Shown here one piece after another: positions 23,800 through 34,830 of a DNA stretch of 64,000 nucleotides. A program made the position numbers and the translations under genes. The notes under the pieces are model-generated. The model saw nothing but the letters and a program-made list of their open reading frames with translations. It was not told where the DNA came from and did not search any database. Numbering within the stretch: the stretch's first letter is position 1; every line of letters starts with the position of its first letter. This DNA comes from Thalia democratica (taxonomy: Eukaryota): NCBI GenBank assembly GCA_965202585.1, contig OZ241826.1:65100001-65164000 (forward strand), in the 5' to 3' direction.

Positions 23800-26700
23800 A
23801 TGCTAAAGTTCGTAGATTTAGTTTTATTTCTTCCGTCATACTTTTTTGTAGTTGCCAAAAGCTATGATAGTACTATAGTACAGTCAACTGTTGATGCGAA
23901 CGAATTTCTGGAGAACTTTAATGAAATTTTCCAAGAAAGTTTTCAAGAACTATACAAAAAAGATGGTAATTGCGTTAAAGAAAATAGATACGATGTTTTC
24001 GGTTACCCTGAAGTACAAACAGGAAAAGGCAAAGTTTCGGGACAAACAAACAAACATGGGCACTCTTTTTATGGTATACCTTATGCAGAAGCTCCGATAG
24101 GAAAATATAGGTATGTTTCTTGATTAATTCAAAGTTTTAATAGTTTTGATAGTTTTAATAACATAATATTTTTATATACTCGTTTTGCTAAATAAAGCTT
24201 TTAAAATAAAACAGGTCATCTTAACTGTCTTTGGTACTTTGTAATAATGACTGTATTGTATATTCATTATTACAACTTATAGAATAAAGTTTTAGCTTAC
24301 TTCGTAATTTACATAAATTAAGTTTTTTAAAGTTAAAAATAGTTTTATTGGAACTAAAACTAATTTAAAGTAATAAATAAAACTAAAGAATGCTTGAATA
24401 AAAATTCCTAAAACTACTCATTACGTTTTTGTAGAATTAAAATGTTTTTATAAATTTACTTTAAAAAATAATCTGTTGTTCCAAATAACTTTATTGTTAA
24501 ACATATTAATATATCAGAGGTAGAAAAACTACATTTCGCTGGCTGGATTTAGCAGCAATTTTTGCCTGCGATATATCTGTAAATTAGAACAACTAAAGTA
24601 AATAACTATATATGACTGATATTCACAAATACGTCATTAGCTTTGTTTGCAAGCAATGTCTTATTTCAAGTAAGAATTAATAAGTACAACTTTGTTGATT
24701 AGTATACATTTTTTGGGTAGCTATCTAAATTGCACGAGCGTACAAAATTGCACGAGTGCACAAAATTGCACGAAGATATTTTTGCACGAAGGGATAAAAT
24801 TGTACGAAGATACTTTTGCACGAGCAGACAATTTCGCACGGAGACAATTTTGCATAGGTTTTTTTTTTACTATAACTGTTACCCCTAACCCTTACCCTCG
24901 TTCGGTAAGAATTATTATTTATTTAATTATTTTAATCTTTTTTTTTACTACCACTGTTACCCCTAACCCTAACCCTCGGTCGGTAGCTTTTTTTTCTTTT
25001 TTTTTATTAAATTTTTTTTTTCTGTTTATTTTATTTTTTTATTTTTTATTCTCGTGCAAAATTGACCCCTAGTGCAAAATCATCCTCGTGCGATTTTGTT
25101 CCCTCGTACAAATTTGGCTTCGTGCAATTTTGTGCACTCGTGCAACTTTGTTCTCGTGCAATTTTGTAACCTCGTGCAATTTTGTCTTTGTGCAATTTAG
25201 ACCTGTTCCCACACTTTTTATTCAAGTTTACTAAAATAAGACGGCCGAGAAAGGAGTGCTAACCCCTGTAGAGTTTTATAGTTTGATTTATTTTGTTGAT
25301 AAACTATTGCTCCTTTTTTTACTTAAAGCTTGAGTTCAGTTGTTTTTTGTAAAACTTAAACCTAAATAAAGCTTATAATTATTAATTTATATTATTTAAT
25401 AAAGATTAAAATTAACTCTTTTTTTAAGGTTTATGCCACCAATAATGAAAACTAATGTCGGAAACTATAATGGGTCAAAAGAAAACAGAGTTCGTTGTTG
25501 GCAGCTTGATAGAGACCTAAGAGGATTTGAATTTGAAGTTAGCCTAGAATTTGACTTTTATAAAAAGTTATTCTTTTAATACATCTAGAGTTACAAACGC
25601 TCTGGTCGTATTAATAATTAGCAATAATCTTTATAATATTTTTGTTAGAATATGCCTTGTATCTTAATTTTCACAAAATAACAAAACTTAAGTTGCTCAT
25701 TATTTTGTTATAAACTAATCAGAAGGATATATGTAGCTAATTTTTTTTTTACAATTTGTTCCATTTAAGCTAAGCGTTTTAAATCACTTTTATTTTAGTA
25801 CTTTTTGGTATAAGCACAAATTTTTCGGTAAAATTTATTTCATTTACCCCAAAACAATGATTTTTTTCTCGAGTATTTAAAGAGCTAATAAAATTAATAA
25901 TTTTTAATTTTTAAAAACTGTTTTGCAATCACTAAAAAAACAGTCCAGAACTCGTTTTGTATGTAATTAAAATAGGTTTAGACATAAGTATAGCAAAAAG
26001 ATAAAGTTTTAAAATATGTACTTGTTATTTTTTATTTTAGCACTTAAATGGAAAGATTTTCTTGATAAAACTAAGATAGCATCGTAAATGTTTCTTTAAT
26101 AATTAAAAGTAGCAAATGCAAACGAACAATTTTTTTATTTAAAAAAGGGACAAAAAAAAATTCACTTTTTAGTATTGTAGTTTCATATTTAGTGGCTACC
26201 AAACAGAGATCTGAGGACTGCCTTCTTCTCAACATTCATGTTCCTACTAGTGTTAAAAAAAAAGATTTAGAAAATGGAAACTTTGATAGTTTGCTTCCAG
26301 TTATGTTTTGGATACACGGAGGAGCATATTTCTTGGGAGGAGGTACCTATGAATTTTATGAAGGAAGATATCTAAGCGAGACTACTAACACAATTATTGT
26401 TTCTATCAACTATAGACTAGGTTTGCCTTTTTAATATTCCTAATTTTACTTGTTTACGTTTTTTTAGAACATAGTTAACTTTCTTTACTATAGTTTAGAG
26501 ATATTCTATAAAATTTAATTAATAAAAAATGCATTATTGGTCCTGTTTTTTTAATATTAAAAATTTAGTAAATTAACAAAAGTTTTGTTTTACAGATCTA
26601 AAAGTTTTCTTTAAAAGTTGAAACTTTTAGGTCCTTTTGGATTTTTTTACCACCAAAAAGAAGATATCAACTTCCTAGGTAATCAAGGTTTTAGAGACCA

Positions 26701-29700
26701 GCAGCTAGCACTACAATGGGTAGTAGAAGAAATAAAAAACTTTGGAGGTGATCCGTCAAAAGTAATTTTTTTTTTACCTTGAACATTTTAATAATCAACA
26801 AAATTAGCTATATTGTTATTTGTTATTGAGCGACAAATAAAAGCGCTCAAAATGTTTGGTGCTAAGACCTGGTGCACGAAAAAACCTTTCAGTTATCGAG
26901 TCGCACACCACTTGGATACCTTTAAACGCCTTGTCCAGAACAATAGTAGCATTGGTAAATGTGTAAACTTTTAAAATAGTTTTTGATAAATGTGTAATTT
27001 TTATAATTTAGTCCAAAATTAATACTTCAAAATAAGTACTTAGAATAAATTTCGATTAATGAGAGTTTTATATAATCAAAGATGTAACTAAAAAGCATTA
27101 GATTGAATGAAAATCATAGCACCTTATCTTTACTTATATGTTTTATATAAAAAACCTTTGAAATTTTTTTTAGTCGTACCTAAAGTAAGTTTTAAACGTC
27201 TTAATCTTAACTGCTTACTACTTTTTAGCAGATGTACAGTTTATAACTTTAAGATACTTTCAATCCAACAACTAAGCTCTAACTTAGATTACAATCTTCG
27301 GGGAAAGTGCAGGTGCGCAATCAGTCATGCTTCACTTGGCATCAAGAACTAATCAACCGCAGTTCATTAGAGCTATAATGGAAAGCAACCCGGCATTTTA
27401 TGACTACCCGGACGTTGAAAGAGCTGCTGAACTGAGCGAACAGTTTATTGAAGATCTCGGTTGTGCTGATGACTACAACTCGGAAATTGAATGCTTGAGG
27501 TAGTGATTTTTATGCTACAGAGATTTTATGGACAAGTAAGAGAAGCAGAATGTTCATTAAAAGTGAAACAAAACTGTTCTTGATTTAATAAAGAAACATT
27601 TTTATAGCTATTTTTAAATACTTGAACACGAGAGTAACGGCAACTTGATATAACTAATAAAGTGAAGACTTAAACTTAATGAGTATTACACAAGATAGTT
27701 AAGTACAAAACTTAATAAAACTTAATAAAACTCAATAAAGTTTAATTATTTTTCGTGTTTACTGTTTACAAGTTTCATGCAATATAAACTGTCTATGTTT
27801 TTATACTTTTATTATGTTAGCTAGATAGATAGAGCTTTTGTATCAAATGTGTTAAAACGATAATTTTAAAAATCTTAATACAGGAATATTGATGCCGAAT
27901 TTGTGATTAACAAAACGCTGATAGTTCATGCTAGATTTGGTATGGCCGGTGATCACAGGTCCATGGTAGAACCATTTCGTCCAATGGTTGATGGTGTTGA
28001 GTTTCCGAAACAGCCACTCGACATGTTTCAAGACGGTGATTGGCACACAAATGTAGACGTAGTAATTGGAACAAACAGACAAGAACTGGGAATTATCAGT
28101 GCAAAGTTTCAGGGAAGGAAAATAACTGAAGATTTATATATAGTTAAGTGTTATTATCATTATTAGTATGTTTACTTCTACATGGTCTGTATTTTCAAAC
28201 TAATTATCATCATTTATGATGTTTTTGTTATATTTTACTTCATGAATCTAAACAGCAAACACAAAATAAATACATTTAAACAAAACGTTTAGTTAAAATT
28301 TTTAATTAACAACGCAGAAACTAACCACTTACTTAGTCGGAGAAGAATTAGAACCTAATGTAACATCAGAATACATGAAGCTAGTCCCTGAAAATGCCGG
28401 AAGACTTTTTGATTATACTGATATCATAGCACAAGAAGTTGGAGATCTATACTTTGTTTGTCCTTCTAGACTTCTTGCAAGGTATATCAAAGCTAAAAGT
28501 AAATACTTTCAACCATGTTAGATACTTTTCAAAATCAATAAAATATTTCATACTCAAACTATTCAAGAAGGCTACTATGTTAAGTATACCACAATTATAA
28601 ATTGAATAAAGAAAAGGTTAACAATTAGTTCTATTGTATAAGCTACTACTTTTTAATAAACAAATGTGATATTAGGTTTTATAGATCATGTTTTTCAAAA
28701 ATTAGCCTATGTACAGAAACGTCCAAAAGATTTTTCACAAGCAATAAAAAATTTATAGTTATATATTTTTGCTAAATTTTTTATAAAGCAGGGGTCAGCA
28801 ACCTTTCATAAGTCGCAAGTCTTTTTATATAAAAAAGTTGCTCACAGGCCGAACTGTATAAAAAAAGTTTCTTCAAGCCGCTGTTAATTTAAAAAAAAAT
28901 AGTAATTAATATAAAGTACTACTTTAAACCTAAAATATGAAAATATAAATAATAGTAGAGCACTACTAATGAATAATCATTAAAGTAAGAAAGAGCCTAG
29001 TTACAAGCTTATAACTCAAGCACTTTTCTTATTACCGTTATAAAAAAGGTATGTTTTTAGCAGAAAAGTATCTTGCGGGCTGCAGATTTTGATTTTGACG
29101 GTCAAATTTCGCCCTCGGGCCGCAGTTTTTCGACCTCTGTTCTAAGTTTTTTTTCAAATAGCACTTTTTAACTACGTATATGACATATGTTATAAAAAAA
29201 TTTGACAAAAGTACTTTTATAAAAAACACGTTTTAGACAACTGTAACAGTTTCAAAATATTTTTTCTAGCCTCTATAAGTTTATTTTTTTAGGTTTATAT
29301 CAAAAACTTCGTTATCTAAGAACAGCTATATGTATTCTTGGGAACACCAATCTTGTTCTGATCCGACAGATGATTGCTACTATTCATGTCATGGCTGCGA
29401 AGTTTCCTATGTTTTTAACACAAGAAACTACACAGAGTTAGAATTAACTTTTTTAACGCTTATAAAATTGCAAAATGTGTTGGCAGTACTATAAACTTTT
29501 TAAAATAAACCAAATATAATTATCGCATATATGTCCATACGAATTTTAATAACTTTTTATTAAAGCTACAATAATTATTATTAAGTAACTCCTCAAACTT
29601 TAAACATTTTAAACAGAGTAATTTACAGTGCTTACCATTTATTGTTTTAAAATGTATTAAAAACAGTTAGCTTTGTGACTTATGAGAAAAGCTTAAAGCA

Positions 29701-31976
29701 ATCATTTGAAAATTAACAAACACTGAGGAAAATATCAAAGCAAAGTAATTCAGAAAAAACATTTTTTTATTAGTTGAGGTTTTGTTTATTTGCAGAACAG
29801 CAAAAACAACGTTTTATAGTAATTATACTGTTTGTATTAGTATAAAAACTTATATTTACTAAACTACACACAACTAAAAAAAAAACTACAAAACAAAAAC
29901 AAATGTTCAGACATTTAGAATTTTTTTTAGTAGTGGGATTTTAACACAGTGATGTCAGCCATAAATTATTAATTTAAACAGCAGTTTTATTGATATATAT
30001 TTTTAGTTAAAAAAAATTAATATCAAGTCGTACTACTACAATTTACTTGAGATGTTTTACTTTCACTTAATCACATTTCAAAATAATTGAAGTAAACATA
30101 ATTAAAGCATAACTTATAAATTTACATTAAAAGATTTTAAAATTCAATAAGATCAGTTATTAATACTTAAAATGAAAAATAAAAGTTTTTAAACTATATA
30201 AAACATAACTTTTATTACACTACAGTTTAAGAAACGACGAAAGCGACCAATATATGTCGTTAGTTTTCAGTGATTTTTGGGGGAGTTTTGCACATACAGG
30301 AGTTCCAACCTCTCAAAATACTGAAAACTGGATAAAATATAAAAGTCTTGACAAGGTTATACAACGTAGTATAAACTTTTATAGATTTATACTTTAATAT
30401 TACAAAGTTTTAGAGTTTTTTGTTAAACCTAGTTTTAGTTTTACTCGATATACATTTATTTTTTAATCTATAAATGTTTATACTGTTTTTGTTATTAACT
30501 AAAAGTAAATATTTTTTCACTATTTTTATGAATTCCTAGATGTATTTTAAATTAATATAAAACATTAAATAAAAAAAAGTTGTACAGTAATCTTCCTTTA
30601 TTGTACCAACATATGTTTCTTTCCATTAACAACCCAGTTGAAGTGTGTTGATTCGTTAACACACAGAAACATATTTTGGTGCAATAAAGGAAGATTACTG
30701 TATAATTTGTTTTTATTTATAACATATTTAAACCATATATATTTGGACAAAATTGAGTACTCTAAGTAGCACAAAGTGTGAAGTTATTTCACTAGGATCT
30801 TTTGTTAGCAAACGATTAAACATATATTTTGAACAGTTATATAACATTAAGTTTTTATTTTTTATCTTTATGCTATGAAAGTAAAGAGAAGACTTGTTTC
30901 TAATAACTATTAAGTGTTTACTTATTTGAATAACCTATGAAAAAACGTGTTTAAATTTTTTCAATTCATATTTTTGATAATATGAATAAAAACTACAAAT
31001 ATTCAATTCGATTAAAAAACTTTAATCGTTTTGAATAAAAACGCACGTTTCGTGCTTCCCGGAACCTAAAGATTTAAGTTGCTTGCAGTTTTAATAGAGT
31101 ACATGCTTATATGTGTTAATTTAGTATTATATTACTACTAATTTAGTGAAAAGAGTTTTAAAAATGTTTTTCACGTTAAAAAAAATCCATTAGTTTTGTT
31201 AAAATACTTTATTTTAAAAGACGAACAGAAAGTATATTTCTTAATAAAAAGAAGAAAAAATAATCTACGTACACCAAATCGCACTTTAAATTTTCTATAT
31301 TACTACAAGCTACATTTAAACTAAATTGTAATTTTGTTATTTTTATGGCGTAAAAGAAAAAATTATAATATCGATATTAGTAATTTCTTAAAATATAAAA
31401 CGAAACACAAGTATATTTAGTTAAATTTTATTTTAACTTAGAATTAAACTTTTACTAATATAAAAAATGGAATAGAACATTAACTTTTACAACTATTTGA
31501 AATTATAAAGTAAGTAGATAAGTATTTAAATTTTAAACAATACTTAATATTACTGTGGATTTTTTTTTTCTTTGTATTCTAGAAGGGGCTTCAAATATGT
31601 TCTAGCATTTTAAATCTCATAGAGATAATATTTTAAAGGAAAATTCAGAAGACTGGGAAATAATGCACATGAAATACCCTCGAGCTGAAAAAGAAGCAAA
31701 CTATATGGAGGAGCTTTGTGATTTTTGGGATTCATTAAACTACTATGTTAAAATAAAAAAGCAGCCTACACCAAGTAAGTTTAATCTTAATTTGTTTACT
31801 ATTTTTTAAATATCAAATGTAAAATAAGTTTGGGTTTTCAAAACAAAGTTTAAGTTTTCAAAACTAAATAAATTTTAGACGAAAATGAAGACAGCTCTGG
31901 GGAAATTTTGAAGATGAACATTATGACGGTTGTAGCAACTATTTTTAATACACTTTTTGTTTTTTACATTTACTAG
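23800..31976 (+). CDS. Type-B carboxylesterase/cholinesterase-family protein B with GPI-anchor-like C-terminus, ~635 aa
   Basis: Exons 23800-24110, 25429-25537, 26207(or 26193)-26420, 26631-26761, 27288-27499, 27884-28142, 28318-28481, 29293-29436, 30226-30355, 31639-31774, 31879-31976. Motifs: SEDCLLLN, HGGAY, FGESAG, IGTNRQE, SCHGCE; ends DSSGEILKMNIMTVVATIFNTLFVFYIY*. Confidence 0.92.
24715..25210. mobile_element. Foldback MITE family R2 copy A (GGG...CCC ends, GCACGA subrepeat arms, 2 telomere-like cores)
   Basis: Left arm of aaattgcacga units, right arm of tcgtgcaattt units; cores at 24869 and 24947; no TSD recognised. Confidence 0.85.
26820..26944 (-). repeat. R1 repeat copy 2
   Basis: Reverse-complement similarity to 2901-3030. 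Confidence 0.85.
28789..29139. mobile_element. hAT-type MITE
   Basis: Ends CAGGGGTCAGCAA / TTTTCGACCTCTG; flanks TTATAAAG / TTCTAAGT look like a decayed 8-bp TSD. Confidence 0.65.
30719..30779 (+). repeat. 61-bp dispersed duplication, copy 1 (copy 2 at 48985-49045)
   Basis: 60/61 identity by manual comparison. Confidence 0.85.
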
Positions 31977-33123
31977 ATTTCTTTGTAGTTTATGAAATAC
32001 TTTACAACTTAAGTACGAAGTTTTAAACTAGTAACTTTTTTATGTTGCTACTTCTTTATACATTAATGTGTTAAAAAGTCTAATACCAGTTTAAAAATTT
32101 ATAACCTATGCAAAAAGTTTTAGAGTGTTTAGTTTAATTTTTGACAGTTCCATACATTATTTAAGAAGACAAAAATGACTCTTATAATGCATCAATTTAA
32201 GTAGAAGTATCTGTTCTATACTAAAAATAACAATTTAAATGTGTAGTGTCACAACAATAACATGTTTTTTTTGTATATAAAAATAGTGTATTGGATATCA
32301 AAGATGTGCTCTACAGTATTGAATAAAATTAATGTTCTACTTTTAAATCAGGAAAAAATATGTTTTTGTACGCTAATACTTAATTAACTAACGACTTTTC
32401 GCTACTCATACAGTATAAATAGCTCTATAGAGTCAAATTTCCGAAAGTATAAGTTGTAAGTAACAAAGTATTTACTTACAAAGACGATTGTTTTAATTTT
32501 TCAATGGCCTCTTCTTTTTTATTTACCTTACGACGTTATAATTTGTACTTTCAAAACTATTATAAAGTGATTTTGTAAAATAAAAACATATACGTACTTA
32601 ATTGTCAATACCAAAAAACAGCTTTAAATTTTAAATACTTTATACGGTACTTTTTAATACTTGTCTTTTTTTTTTAATGCTTTTCATACTTCCTTGTTTT
32701 GTTTTTATTATACCAGGAAGGTCTGTTTTTTAAAATAAAACATTGTTTATTGTATATCTAATAAAAATATTTACATATTAAATTCCTTTAAAATAGTATT
32801 TTGAGTTTTAAGTTTCCAAGTAAAATGTTTATAGTCTTAAATATTTTTTACAACAAATATATATAAATTAACAAAACTAAAGTTTAGTTTTAATTTAACC
32901 TCTTATAAAGCTGTATTTTAGGAAGTGCATATTTTTAGTATTAAAAGTATTGATTATATTAACTATTTACTACTTATTAATGACAAGTTATAATACCATT
33001 AACTATAGATATTAGATAACATTGTTTAGACGGAGTTGATTAATGAAAATTATTTTATGTTGTTTGTAACACTAGAAAGCCTTTAAAGTTTAAAGAAACT
33101 CTATGAGAATAAATAGAAACAAC

Positions 33124-33995
33124 CAGGGGCGTGTTTAGAACTTTTTCAGTGAAGTTGCACTTTTTTTATTCTATAATAGAGTAGTTTGTGTAGTAGCTTT
33201 TAATAACACACTTTAGAAAGTTACATAACTATCTAAAATTTCTCAGACACATAAAATTTTTTAACTTGAAACAACTTGAAAATTCCAGTAAAACAGAATG
33301 CGGAACCTCAATAAGTAATCCAGTTCTTCGACTCTTATTAAAACAATTTGAATATAAATTTCAGTCATGTTTTTATTGACAATGTGAAGACTTTGCCTGA
33401 CATTGTGAAGCTAAATTGTTTAACGAAATATTTTATACATAAGAAACTAAAAACGAAGTAGAAGTCAAAATTAGTAATTAACTTGTCTTAATATAGAAAA
33501 ACATACTCATTTATATGTAAATAAATTACTTAGTTAAACGGTTCCAGCTAGGACAACTTAGCTAACATCCAAACTGAAATGTTAATAAAATTAAATTTTT
33601 TAAAACAAACTAACTGCAACTTTGCAAACATTTTTTTTACAACTTGATGAAAGAAAAAACAGTAAAACTACAGTTTTTTCTAATGTTGTTAAAATAAAAC
33701 AGTATGTGATTTGGTTAGAACTTTCCAAAGTTAAAAATGAAACCCTTTGAGTTGTAAAATTATTCAAAAGTGTTTTTTTAAAACTTTTGATTGGCTAATT
33801 TTGGATGAAAAGTTTTGTTTTTAAAGTTGTGCTTTGAAAATTATAAAATTATTGTACAGTTTAGACTTTTTTTTTTTGACGTAATTCTCTAAAAGTATGT
33901 TTTAAATAAAACCATATTCATTCGCTTTATTTTTACCTTTTTTCCAGTGTTTTTCAGGGGTCGCACAGGAAACAGGAAACCAGTCAACGCCCCTG
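33124..33995. mobile_element. Non-autonomous hAT element (872 bp)
   Basis: TIR CAGGGGCGT/ACGCCCCTG with perfect 8-bp TSD GAAACAAC on both sides. Confidence 0.9.
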
Positions 33996-34440
33996 GAAAC
34001 AACTCACTTTTACACCTTTATATACAAATTACAACAAATTTCTAAAGTTAAATTATTTTATATTTCTTAATATTAAACAAAAGTAACCAATGAGCTTTAT
34101 ATTTAAATCTACATGAGCGAAACACATAGTATATTTATTTACCAGTATAAAGATTTGTTTAAGTAGTAAAGTTTAACTAATTTTGTATGTATTTATGTTC
34201 ATTGTTCATTTAAAACTATTTATTCCAACATAAATTGTTAAACTTTTAAACTAATACCTGTGCACATTACATATTAAACGTTTACCTTAATAACAGGTTA
34301 TTAACGCACTTACATTGTTAAACTCTACTAATATATACACTTACGTCACAATGTTTATATACTTGTATCCTTAACTTAGTATACAAACTTCAATTTATTT
34401 CTTTGAATGTGAGTTGATATAGTTAATCAACTTTTTTGAT

Positions 34441-34830
34441 GAGGCAATTGTAAGAAAGGTCAAAAGTACTGTTTCTCTTTAGTAAGATAATAGATCTCTT
34501 TACGTTTTGAATTCTTTTATATACTTATATAAACTATTTAAAGTTTTCTTACATTAGAAACAAAACTTTTATATTTATATATGTTAAGGAAATTGTAAAG
34601 GAAGTGTGATAGACATAGATGCTGTTCAAGTTGATAGAATTATATTTTAAATAATATATTTATACGTTATATCACATAAGATAAAGTAAGATTTCTATTT
34701 GAATAAGATTTATTTAAGCACTGACGAGGTCTTTGACCGAAACTTAGTTTGCAAAATAAATTTTTGAAAGAATAAATATAAGATAAAGTGTTATTGCTTA
34801 TCTAATTATGAATACACCTATTGTAAAAAT
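34441..34830 (+). mobile_element. Decayed Penelope-like 3' end / pseudo-LTR remnant
   Basis: Stop-interrupted EAIVRKVK...DNRSL loosely resembles a PLE endonuclease C-terminus; followed by AT-rich tract, hammerhead motif and AATAAA. Boundaries approximate. Confidence 0.45.
34705..34764 (+). ncRNA. Minimal type I hammerhead ribozyme
   Basis: GCA-CTGACGA-GGTC(TTT)GACC-GAAA-C(TTA)G-T-T-TGC: core CUGANGA 34721-34727, 4-bp stem II, GAAA 34739-34742, 2-bp stem III, GUU cleavage triplet 34747-34749, bulged stem I. Confidence 0.8.

Noticed and set aside
24692-25072. ORFs 24692-25072, 52735-53000 and 53399-53611 with Cys/His periodicity
   Set aside because: Translations of R2 MITE subrepeats, not zinc-finger genes.
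27465-27490. CTGATGA...GGAAA hammerhead-like string
   Set aside because: It lies in esterase B coding sequence and has no stem II or stem III pairing.
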